DNA from: a virus
Taxonomy: Duplodnaviria > Caudoviricetes
DNA length: 44,966 nucleotides
IMG/VR virus record: IMGVR_UViG_3300027672_002563
Coordinates: 1-44,966 of that record
Reading direction: 5' to 3' (one strand)
Shown: positions 27,688 through 35,746 of the stretch, one piece after another
Layout: every line of letters starts with the position of its first letter
How positions within the stretch are numbered: position 1 is the stretch's first letter
The notes under the pieces: generated by a model
Told to the model about the DNA's origin: nothing
The model's input: the letters and a program-made list of their open reading frames with translations, nothing else
Databases searched by the model: none
Translations under genes and position numbers: made by a program

Positions 27688-27912
27688 GTGGATAAAGTAA
27701 ACCTACGGGTAATCAAAGCAATTCAGAATTCTAAAGGGCGTTTCTTCGGTTTGTATACCGCTAAAGGAGAATCGCTGAATGTCCAATTGAGGTCTGAGAC
27801 GAATCACTATATTAATGTTTATGATTGTAACGCAAGTTCTAGTCGTAAATTAGCAAAGACGAGTATCTGCGGAGTCCGTATTGCTGAAAAGAATTTTGGT
27901 GTGGTTTTTTAA
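27688..27912 (+). CDS. Small hypothetical protein, possible SH3/WYL-like fold
   Basis: Monocistronic between a promoter and a terminator; VYD....R.....I..V pattern. Confidence 0.65.
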   Translation: MDKVNLRVIKAIQNSKGRFFGLYTAKGESLNVQLRSETNHYINVYDCNASSSRKLAKTSICGVRIAEKNFGVVF

Positions 27913-27958
27913 ACCAAGCTGATAAAAAAGACGATATAATTGTTGTCGATTCATACTT

Positions 27959-27993
27959 AGAGCCTCTCCCTTGAAAAAGGGAGGGGTTCTTTT
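27959..27993 (+). terminator. Rho-independent terminator overlapping the next promoter
   Basis: AGAGCCTCTCCCTT-GAAA-AAGGGAGGGGTTCT stem followed by TTT. Confidence 0.75.
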
Positions 27994-28003
27994 ATTATAA
28001 GCT

Positions 28004-29068
28004 GTGAAACTGTCCTCTTTATTCAAAGGGAAAGTCTATACTTTCCCACAGACCCAAAACCAAGATCAAGATAAGTCTTTTGCTTTAGAGGTTATTAAAA
28101 AAATAAAACCTAACTTAGGGATCTCGAATATCTCAGTAGGCGATATAAAAGACTATTACGATGTATTTATTATTAAAGATGATAACAAAAAAACTTTTAA
28201 ATTAAAAATTTCTCTAGATGATTCTCAACAGGTTCTAAAAAAAGAATATACCATGACAAAGAATTCGAAGTCTTCGTCTACACCTGTTTCTATAGAATAT
28301 GGAATAGTTAAAATAGGAGATGAAATAACATATTTATTGGTGGAAGTCCCTCCTTACGAGAGCTTGGGCGAGTATGGGAGGTCTTCGTTATTAGGCGATT
28401 TTGAATCGTTTGTTGATTCTTATTTTGTTTTCCAAAAAACGAAAGGTGTCAGAACTACCTATAAGACATCTCTAGATAAGTTTTTAAAAAATGTTGACCC
28501 AGCCTCGTATTTACCTGAAGAGTCTATAGAAGCGTTAAAGGGTTACACCGACTATGATTTGTGTAAGGGCTTTGTCTCTGGTTTATCGGAAGAAATAAGA
28601 AAGCTATCTCAAGAATTTGTTCTTCCTTATAAATATAAATGCCACGGAGGATTATCTGTAGACAACATTTTTACAGATGGAAGGAATTTTTACTTTGATG
28701 ATTTTAAAGATGTGTTTATGGGGCATCCTTATATTGATTTTATTGATATTATATTAGATGTAGGTTTACCGAAAGACCCTCAATATTCTTTGTTATCTAC
28801 TTTTTGCCAGAGAGGTGGGGTAGTAGAAGACAGAACTCTTTTTAAATCTTTATACGAGATACAGCTCAGAAAAAAACTCTTAATTTTAATCACAGAATAC
28901 ATAAAAGAGGTTTACGTCTATGATTCTTATAGATACAATAACATCTTGAGTATAGCTAATACCTTCTCTCATTGTTATGAGCGTTTTTGTAAAATAAAAA
29001 TGTTCGAAGAAAACAAGGGTTTTATTATGAAAACAATATGCGAACCTATCTTTGGCGTAAAAGCTTAA
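28004..29068 (+). CDS. APH/choline-kinase-like phosphotransferase fold, probably inactive
   Basis: CHGGLSVDNIF..FYFDDF..GHPYIDF; the catalytic HGD appears as HGG. Confidence 0.7.
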   Translation: MKLSSLFKGKVYTFPQTQNQDQDKSFALEVIKKIKPNLGISNISVGDIKDYYDVFIIKDDNKKTFKLKISLDDSQQVLKKEYTMTKNSKSSSTPVSIEYGIVKIGDEITYLLVEVPPYESLGEYGRSSLLGDFESFVDSYFVFQKTKGVRTTYKTSLDKFLKNVDPASYLPEESIEALKGYTDYDLCKGFVSGLSEEIRKLSQEFVLPYKYKCHGGLSVDNIFTDGRNFYFDDFKDVFMGHPYIDFIDIILDVGLPKDPQYSLLSTFCQRGGVVEDRTLFKSLYEIQLRKKLLILITEYIKEVYVYDSYRYNNILSIANTFSHCYERFCKIKMFEENKGFIMKTICEPIFGVKA

Positions 29069-29078
29069 GTATTAGATG

Positions 29079-29106
29079 TAGAAAAAAAGCTCTTACCACT
29101 TAAGAT
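29079..29106 (+). promoter_or_regulatory. Leaderless-type sigma70 promoter
   Basis: TAGAAA-16-TAAGAT-5-ATG(29112). Confidence 0.55.
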
Positions 29107-29111
29107 TCTAC

Positions 29112-29609
29112 ATGATTGTTCAGTATTACAAGCCGAATTCTAGAAACACTGGGTGCGCTTTTAGTTTCGATATCGGAGTTAATAATAAAAACCAAGAGCC
29201 GTGTGTTTATATCAGGGCTGTAAAACAATTTTCTTGGAATGACAAAACAAGAAGTGGGTCTTTTTCAGAGAATGCTAAAAACCCTGAAAAATCTATTTCA
29301 ATTAAACTAAACGAAATAGAAGTGGGTGGATTTATCCATGCTATAGAAAAGTATACTGAATTTTCAGCCTTTCACTCTTATGAAGATAATAAAACTTCTA
29401 TTTCATTTAAGCCTTACCAGAAAAAAGACGGCACTCCAGCATTCTCTTTTGGTGTCACAAGGAATTCTGCCAATAAATTTGGCATTGGCGTAGAAATGTC
29501 TGAAGGGTATATGCTCTTAGAGTTTTGTAAATTCTTCTTACAGGAATTGTATGCTTTCAGACTGCAGAACAACATCGATAAAAGGAAAGCTAATGCTGCT
29601 CGCGCATGA
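29112..29609 (+). CDS. Putative Whirly/PC4-like ssDNA-binding protein
   Basis: YYK..., ISIKLNEIEVGGFI, FSAFH, SISFKP, FSFGV and IGVEMSEG..L follow the doubled beta-beta-beta-beta-alpha Whirly pattern. Confidence 0.55.
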   Translation: MIVQYYKPNSRNTGCAFSFDIGVNNKNQEPCVYIRAVKQFSWNDKTRSGSFSENAKNPEKSISIKLNEIEVGGFIHAIEKYTEFSAFHSYEDNKTSISFKPYQKKDGTPAFSFGVTRNSANKFGIGVEMSEGYMLLEFCKFFLQELYAFRLQNNIDKRKANAARA

Positions 29610-31501
29610 AGAAAAAAACTGTATTAATTCATTCTAATTTTACTAGAGCTTTTACTGGCTTTGGGAAAAACAAAAAGAATATTATGCGGTATCTATACGA
29701 TACAGGCAAATATAATCTTATTGAGTTAGCTAACGGCGTAGAGTGGGAGGCTCCTAGCACGAAACTGCTTCCTTGGACTTGTAGGGGCAGCTTACCTAAG
29801 CCTCAAGAGATGCAGGGGTTAACACCTGAACAGCAAAGAGAGCAAGGGTATGGATCAAAATTAGTAGATAGAGCTATTAAAGAGTTCAAGCCTGATGTTT
29901 ACATTGGCATGGAGGATATATGGGCCTTCAATGGTTACCACACAAAGCCTTGGTGGAATAAAGTAAACACAATGATTTGGACTACTCTAGATAGTCTACC
30001 TATTTTACCTCAAGCTATTGAGTATGCTCCTAAAATAAAGAATTATTATGTTTGGGCTTCTTTCGCGGAAAAAGCGATGCATGAGTTAGGGTATGATAAC
30101 GTCAAGACCCTACGAGGATCGCTAGACAAAAACAACTTCCACAAGTTAAGCGACGATAAGCGAGACGCTCTGAGGAGAAATAATGGGCTTAGTGATGAGT
30201 TTATTATTGGTTTTGTTTTTAGGAATCAGCTAAGAAAAAGCGTTCCTAATATCCTAGAAGGTTTTAAAAAGTTTAAAGAAGAGCATCCGACATCAAAAGT
30301 TAAATTACTACTACACACACACTGGTCTGAAGGCTGGGATATCCAAAGGCTCTTAAAAGAAAAAAGTATCGACCACTCAGATATCTTAACTACTTATATT
30401 TGTAATAAGTGCGGCGTATACCACATTGCTCCATTTAGGGGACAAGAGCAGAAATGTTCTTCTTGTGGAACAGAGAAGTCTGTAAGCACTACTAATACTG
30501 GTAGAGGAGTAACTGATTCCCAGTTAAATGAAGTCTACAATCTTATGGACGTATATTGCCACCCCTTTACGAGTGGAGGGCAAGAGATACCAATCCAAGA
30601 AGCTAAACTGGCTGAACTTATAACGTTAGTTACAAATTATTCTTGCGGCGAAGACTGTTGCACAGAAGAATCTGGGGGCTTACCATTGGATTGGACGGAA
30701 TATAGAGAACCTGGGACTCAATTCATCAAAGCTTCTACTTTACCTGAAAGTATATCGTCTCAACTCGCCAAAGTTTATTCTATGGGAAAGGAAGAGCGGG
30801 ATGATTTGGGGAAATTGTCTAGAGAATGGACTGTGGACAATTTCAGTATTGAGGTAATAGGGAAAAGGCTGGAGGACATCATAGACGAAATGCCGCCTGT
30901 AGAATATGATTATGAGACTTCTCATATGCAGTTTAATCCTGACTATCAGCCAACAGGCAATTTTACTTCTAACCAAGAATTCATTGTAGATCTTTATAAG
31001 AATATCTTAAAGGACGATGTAGATCAGAACTCTCAAGGGTTTAAACATTGGATGACCAAGTTGCAACAGGGACAAAGTCACCAAGAGGTAATAAACTATT
31101 TTAAACATATTGCTGTTAGGGAAAAACAGAAATCACAAATTCCCAGCATGGAGAGCCTTTTGGCTAAAGAGGGTAGCGCTAAGAAGATCGCTATAGTGAT
31201 ACCTCAAAGTGAAGTGGATGTCTTGCTTGTTAATTCTCTGCTAAAGAATTTTAAATCTCAGTATAAAAAACATGATTTATACGTTTTCACTAACCCTCAG
31301 TATTATCCTTATATAGATGATAATCCTGCAGTTTACAAACTGATGCCATATAACCCCCCTATAGAAAACCAATTACTTATGGAAGGCTGTAATGATCATA
31401 AGGGGTATTTTGATATGGTATTTTACCCACATGCAACCACACAAAAGTCATTGTGCTATCTGCATAATGGAGCCGACAAACATCAATTCGCATTAAAGTA
31501 A
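29606..31501 (+). CDS. Multidomain GT4 glycosyltransferase (zinc ribbon insert, DUF4214-like helical domain, GT9 N-terminal half)
   Basis: TGFG, RNQLRK, L...YN.MDVY.HP..SGGQEIPIQEA; CNKC..CSSC; FIVDLYKNIL..D...FKHW; KIAIV...DVLL..LLK...NP.V. Confidence 0.8.
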   Translation: MKKKTVLIHSNFTRAFTGFGKNKKNIMRYLYDTGKYNLIELANGVEWEAPSTKLLPWTCRGSLPKPQEMQGLTPEQQREQGYGSKLVDRAIKEFKPDVYIGMEDIWAFNGYHTKPWWNKVNTMIWTTLDSLPILPQAIEYAPKIKNYYVWASFAEKAMHELGYDNVKTLRGSLDKNNFHKLSDDKRDALRRNNGLSDEFIIGFVFRNQLRKSVPNILEGFKKFKEEHPTSKVKLLLHTHWSEGWDIQRLLKEKSIDHSDILTTYICNKCGVYHIAPFRGQEQKCSSCGTEKSVSTTNTGRGVTDSQLNEVYNLMDVYCHPFTSGGQEIPIQEAKLAELITLVTNYSCGEDCCTEESGGLPLDWTEYREPGTQFIKASTLPESISSQLAKVYSMGKEERDDLGKLSREWTVDNFSIEVIGKRLEDIIDEMPPVEYDYETSHMQFNPDYQPTGNFTSNQEFIVDLYKNILKDDVDQNSQGFKHWMTKLQQGQSHQEVINYFKHIAVREKQKSQIPSMESLLAKEGSAKKIAIVIPQSEVDVLLVNSLLKNFKSQYKKHDLYVFTNPQYYPYIDDNPAVYKLMPYNPPIENQLLMEGCNDHKGYFDMVFYPHATTQKSLCYLHNGADKHQFALK

Positions 31502-32641
31502 ATGTCCCATTTAATAGAAGAGTATGCCAAAAACTTGGGGGTTAAAATCTCTGAGCCTGTAGTTAATGATCATTTTTTTCCGATCATCCCGAATAAGTAT
31601 ATTACCTTAAATCAAGCGGGTGTCTCGGCAAAAACATATTCGCATTACGATATAGTCCTTAGCCTCCTGAAGCCTTTTCTAGATAGGTCTGGTATTAAGG
31701 TTATCCAAATGGGCGGGGATAAAAAAATAGAAGGGACAGATATGGCTTTGAGCGTGTCATTTAAGCAGCAAACTTTTATTTTGTCTAAATCTCTAGTGCA
31801 TCTGGGATGTGATGGAGCTTTAGCCCAAGTAGCTAGTAATAAAAAAATACCTACCGTCACTATTTATGGAAACGCTTTTCCAGCTAATGTAAAACCTTTC
31901 TTTTCTAAGTCTACTATAAACAAAAGTATAGAGCCTAAGTGGAATAAGAAGCCCTGCTTTGCAGCGGAAGATCCTAATAGGCAGATTGATACAATCAAAC
32001 CAGAGATTATCGCGCAGAAGGTTCTTGATTTCTTGGATATCGAAAAAGAGTCTATAAAATTTGTCACTAAAAACATTGGAGAGTTATTTTCTAAATCTAT
32101 GGTGGAGGTCATTCCCACATCTTTCGTCCCTTTGAAGATACCTCAAGACCAAGAGGTTATGGTTAGAGCTGATTATGGGTGCGATGAAGTTCCTTTTTTG
32201 CAGTATTGCTCTAATTACAAAGTCTCTATTACGGCGGACTCTCTAATCCAGCCCAACGGTCTACAGAAGGTGGCTGGCAACATCAACAGATTCTTTTTGT
32301 TTATTGATTCTAGTTGGGATACCATACCAGCGAGTTACTTTGCGGTCTTAAAGAAGCTGAATATAGATCTGACTATGATCGTTAAGAATGAAAATGACCT
32401 TAATGCTCTGAGGAATAAGTATTTTGATACCCCTGTAATCCCGTATGGAGAGCCTCAGAAGGCTCCTTGCAAACTAGGCGACGATTCTAGATTCATGTCC
32501 TCTCTGAGGCTTATAGAGGGCGGGAAAGAGTATTTAAGTTACGCTCATTGGAAAAAAAGTCTTGACGCGAGCAATAAAGTGCTAGATACTCCTGAATATT
32601 GGAGGGAATCCAAACATTTCTATATTTATGAGCGAGACTAA
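31502..32641 (+). CDS. GT9 (heptosyltransferase-like) C-terminal half plus an unknown domain
   Basis: HLIE.YA, VIQMGG and HLGCDGALAQVA...PTVTIYG. Confidence 0.7.
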   Translation: MSHLIEEYAKNLGVKISEPVVNDHFFPIIPNKYITLNQAGVSAKTYSHYDIVLSLLKPFLDRSGIKVIQMGGDKKIEGTDMALSVSFKQQTFILSKSLVHLGCDGALAQVASNKKIPTVTIYGNAFPANVKPFFSKSTINKSIEPKWNKKPCFAAEDPNRQIDTIKPEIIAQKVLDFLDIEKESIKFVTKNIGELFSKSMVEVIPTSFVPLKIPQDQEVMVRADYGCDEVPFLQYCSNYKVSITADSLIQPNGLQKVAGNINRFFLFIDSSWDTIPASYFAVLKKLNIDLTMIVKNENDLNALRNKYFDTPVIPYGEPQKAPCKLGDDSRFMSSLRLIEGGKEYLSYAHWKKSLDASNKVLDTPEYWRESKHFYIYERD

Positions 32642-33401
32642 AACGACAAAAAAGAAAGCAGCAAAGAAATTCTACGGGCCAGATGTTTACAAGCGTAATC
32701 AGGATGGCTTATTAAGTAACGCAGAATATGCGTTTAACGAGGATGGTTCTGTTGATTGGAGGGCAATGATCAAGGATGAGTTCCTTTATGCAAACAAAGG
32801 CTGGTTTGATATTCGCAATATGCCCACTCCCCCTTCCACTGAGGGTCTGGAAGACAAGCAATTATTGATTATGCTTGGAGGCATTAAGGAGATCGCTAAG
32901 ATGAGAGGCTACAGTTCTGTAGATTTTGATATAGATAATACCTCAGACGGTTATGTCACAGCTAAATGTACGATTGAATGGGACGGTAATTATGAGTCAT
33001 CTATGACTACTTATACAGATGTGGCGAATGCTACATTAGCTAATACAGACGCTTTCTGTGCGAAATTTTTAGAGACTATCGCTTGCAATAGGGCTTTTGT
33101 TAGATGTGTCCGCAATTACTTAGGTATTCACATCGTAGGAGCTGATGAAATTGACAAGTCAAAGGGTGCTGTCCAAGAGATAGACACATCTTCTGCGGCT
33201 TCGACGATCACATCCCCTACTGATCTCCTAGAGAAGACTCTCAGAGATAAGCATGGAGTCAATTCTTTCGATGATTGTAAGGATGTCCTCAGAGATTTGT
33301 GGAGAAGCGAAAAGTATAAAAACGAAGAGGCTACATCGTGGGATTCATTCTCAGATATTCCAATAAAAGAGGCTAGGAAGCTTATCGCCGTACTTAGCTA
33401 A
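32628..33401 (+). CDS. Putative Rad52/Sak-like single-strand annealing protein
   Basis: V.AKCTI.W, A.A...N and LETIACNRAFVRCVRNYLGI..V..DE resemble the Rad52-superfamily helix motif. Confidence 0.5.
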   Translation: MSETKTTKKKAAKKFYGPDVYKRNQDGLLSNAEYAFNEDGSVDWRAMIKDEFLYANKGWFDIRNMPTPPSTEGLEDKQLLIMLGGIKEIAKMRGYSSVDFDIDNTSDGYVTAKCTIEWDGNYESSMTTYTDVANATLANTDAFCAKFLETIACNRAFVRCVRNYLGIHIVGADEIDKSKGAVQEIDTSSAASTITSPTDLLEKTLRDKHGVNSFDDCKDVLRDLWRSEKYKNEEATSWDSFSDIPIKEARKLIAVLS

Positions 33402-33859
33402 TGATAAAAAGGATTCTAGACCCTAAAGAATTCAAAGTCCTACTGGATGACATGGATGTTCTCTTTAAGGAGGACAATGAAGTGAATGGTCACGCATTGG
33501 TTAAACATAATAAAGAATATATCTATAATGCTTTCGGTAATAAGTCTATATTGGCTTGGGATTTTTTTATCTGGGGTAATCTCAATGAATTCAATAAATT
33601 CGACGCAGTTATAGCTTTTGTTAATAACAAGAATGAAAAATTCGGCAAAGAGATATTTTCAGAGTATCTTTGGCTTTCTGACAACCCAAGAGTGGGAAGA
33701 AAGCTTTTGAGTAAGGCTGTATCCTTCGCTAAAGAAAAAGAATTTGAATATATAACAATGAGCTGCGTAGAGGCCCATCCAAAATCGCAAAAAGTAGCCA
33801 GTTTCTACAAGAGAATGGGCTTTATCAAAGACTCAGAAACCTATATAGCTAAACTATGA
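33401..33859 (+). CDS. GNAT-family acetyltransferase
   Basis: VGRKLL..A...AK and FYKRMGF motifs. Confidence 0.8.
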   Translation: MIKRILDPKEFKVLLDDMDVLFKEDNEVNGHALVKHNKEYIYNAFGNKSILAWDFFIWGNLNEFNKFDAVIAFVNNKNEKFGKEIFSEYLWLSDNPRVGRKLLSKAVSFAKEKEFEYITMSCVEAHPKSQKVASFYKRMGFIKDSETYIAKL

Positions 33860-34041
33860 ACCAAAAGACCGCAAGGCGGATAAGAAAAATCTGTAATCCT
33901 GTTGACGAGGTATCGAAAAGAGTATATCGTCGATTGAAGCGACAATACAAAAAACTACCTAATCATGCAAAAGCAAATTTCCTCGACCTCATCGAACAAA
34001 ACTTCTCAGAAATCGGACAAATCCTCTTGGAGCAAAAATAA
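33856..34041 (+). CDS. Small basic hypothetical protein
   Basis: ATGA-coupled to the GNAT gene; K.ARRIRK...YRRLK pattern. Confidence 0.55.
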   Translation: MNQKTARRIRKICNPVDEVSKRVYRRLKRQYKKLPNHAKANFLDLIEQNFSEIGQILLEQK

Positions 34042-34213
34042 GATTGGCTCACTTTGGATTAAGAAGAACAACGAAGGGAAGAGTTTTCTCTCAGGAGAAA
34101 TAGTCGTAGATGGGAAAAAAATTCCGTGCTTAATCTTTAAGAACGATTTTCAAGAAGGCAATACTCCTAATTTTCACATTTACTCAATCTCAGGAGATTC
34201 GAGCATGAAGTGA
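33965..34213 (+). CDS. DUF736-like small nucleic-acid-binding protein
   Basis: IGSLW.K...GK.FLSG.I...IF.N......P.F.IY. Confidence 0.7.
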   Translation: MQKQISSTSSNKTSQKSDKSSWSKNKIGSLWIKKNNEGKSFLSGEIVVDGKKIPCLIFKNDFQEGNTPNFHIYSISGDSSMK

Positions 34214-34230
34214 ATTATTATTTGGGAGCC

Positions 34231-34638
34231 TTAATTGGCAGGAGGAGGCTCAGGAGGAGGCTCAGGAGTATTAATCCAAGTCTGCAAAGCTGGAATAGCG
34301 GCAAGGATAGCGTCCATTGCGGCTTTTACTTCGGGGACTTCATCGACACAAGACCAAAAAGGCTTGCGTCCATTTTCTCGCGATGGGACATTGAGGTATT
34401 CTACGCCCTCATTATCGGCGGTAATCAAAACTTTTTTGGCAACTCCATCATACGGGAGCAGCTCAAGAGAAAGTGATCCACCAGTTGGGTCTCCTTCTGC
34501 ACTGTCAGGCGCATAAATGTTAATGCTGCGAACCCATATAGAATCGTAAGTTTCTTCTGGCGAAGCTGGGACAATAAAAGGCTCATCGCGTGGAACGGGG
34601 TCGCCCAAAGTCAATTCGGGAGTATCAGTGTCTGGCAT
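34231..34638 (-). CDS. Hypothetical acidic/proline-rich protein, possibly virion- or fibre-associated
   Basis: Promoter TAGATT-16-TATAAT-5-ATG; C-terminal PEPPPEPPP. Confidence 0.7.
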   Translation of the reverse strand: MPDTDTPELTLGDPVPRDEPFIVPASPEETYDSIWVRSINIYAPDSAEGDPTGGSLSLELLPYDGVAKKVLITADNEGVEYLNVPSRENGRKPFWSCVDEVPEVKAAMDAILAAIPALQTWINTPEPPPEPPPAN

Positions 34639-34643
34639 AATAA

Positions 34644-34684
34644 ATTATATGTTAAAAATTACTTTAATCTATTTTTTATTACAC
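34644..34684 (-). promoter_or_regulatory. Leaderless sigma70 promoter plus upstream GTGTAA motif
   Basis: TAGATT(34671-34666)-16-TATAAT(34649-34644)-5-ATG; AGTGTAA at 34685-34679. Confidence 0.55.
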
Positions 34685-34707
34685 TGAAAACGACTTGCGA
34701 TGCTAAA

Positions 34708-35400
34708 TTATACAAAAAAGGATTTTAAATGACCGACCCTCAACTTTGGCACTACCAAAGGTTTTATTTTGAGCTTATCGTATACATTTCTACAAAAAGA
34801 AACGTCTTCGAAGCTCAAGTCATGCACATCTATCCTTTCTCCTTCTGCATTTGGATTTCTGCAATTGGTAATATCAGCCTTTCTTAAAGGGTAGTATGGG
34901 TAGTCCATTTCCTCATAAATTGATCTATGCACTCTTGTGAAGCCGAACCCACACCAATCTACTTCTACCAATTTATTTGGCTCTTCTTTTCCTAATTTGT
35001 CCAACCACTTCACTGAAGTAAAAGGCATATGCAAGTTCTCTCTGAAGAAATCTTCGTCCCATTTGCCGACCATCGCTGTATCTGAGTAATCAGATCTATA
35101 CCATCCACTCACAAATTTTTTATCTTTTGGTATTTTGGTCATTTGTTCTATTTGGTCTATAGAAAACTGGACATCAGAATCAATCCAGAAAAGCCATTCT
35201 GCTTCTGGAGGGTTAGTGTCAGCATATCCACCTCCACCTGTCGCCAGAAAATTACGGGCAAAATTCAAAAAAAGCCCATTACAAGTAAATATAGCAGAGT
35301 TATTTTTGTTACACCACGATTGTAATTCAAGGTATTGATTAAAACAATTACCTTGAATACCTCTATGATCAATTGGCACTAGAAAAACGTAGTCGAGCAT
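34708..35400 (-). CDS. GT-A (GT2-like) glycosyltransferase
   Basis: ARN, LFWIDSD, CGFGF, EDVSFC and VGH. Confidence 0.8.
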   Translation of the reverse strand: MLDYVFLVPIDHRGIQGNCFNQYLELQSWCNKNNSAIFTCNGLFLNFARNFLATGGGGYADTNPPEAEWLFWIDSDVQFSIDQIEQMTKIPKDKKFVSGWYRSDYSDTAMVGKWDEDFFRENLHMPFTSVKWLDKLGKEEPNKLVEVDWCGFGFTRVHRSIYEEMDYPYYPLRKADITNCRNPNAEGERIDVHDLSFEDVSFCRNVYDKLKIKPLVVPKLRVGHLKSFFV

Positions 35401-35449
35401 GTATTATTATATGTATTTAGCTAATATTTAAACTAAAACCAAAACTAAA

Positions 35450-35644
35450 ATGAAAAACGTAGAATTGTCAACTGAAGAAATTCAAGCCCTTATCCAAATC
35501 ATCGACCTAGCTATCAAATCTAGTGGACTTGGATCAGCCGAAGCTGGTGTCGTACTCGCTAAAAAACTCAGCGCACACCTTAACGAGCCACAGGAAGGAG
35601 AGCAAGAAGAATCTGATTTTGAAGTAGTAGGGCCAGAAGAATAG
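35450..35644 (+). CDS. Small acidic hypothetical protein
   Basis: 64-aa ORF with an A-rich leader, followed by a terminator. Confidence 0.7.
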   Translation: MKNVELSTEEIQALIQIIDLAIKSSGLGSAEAGVVLAKKLSAHLNEPQEGEQEESDFEVVGPEE

Positions 35645-35670
35645 GCTTTTTAATTTATAAAATTTAACCT

Positions 35671-35702
35671 AGCCCCTACCTAAACAGGTAGGGGCTTTTT
35701 TT
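35671..35702 (+). terminator. Rho-independent terminator
   Basis: Perfect 11-bp stem AGCCCCTACCT-AAAC-AGGTAGGGGCT followed by a T run; lies between convergent genes. Confidence 0.9.
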
Positions 35703-35746
35703 GTCCTACTCTCTAGATACTTTAATTATATTGTCGAACATAGTGT

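Noticed and set aside
27913-27958. Weak hairpin and 34-codon antisense ORF in the 3' UTR
   Set aside because: The pairing is marginal and the ORF has no promoter or motif support.
596-31504. Stop-codon reassignment suggested by in-frame TAA-ATG junctions
   Set aside because: Known proteins (SSB, NrdB, NrdA, Gmd, DnaE) end at their natural C-termini with standard stops and coding density is high, so translational coupling explains the junctions.
34241-34268. GGAGGCTCAGGA tandem repeat / SD-like run
   Set aside because: It simply encodes PEPPPEPPP on the minus strand.
1773-35338. Short nested or antisense ORFs (e.g. 1773, 4150, 4419, 4640, 6075, 11203, 12879, 13711, 14906, 18647, 19861, 21203, 22044, 30740, 31645, 34210, 34235, 35135)
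   Set aside because: Each overlaps a longer gene with recognisable motifs and has no independent support.
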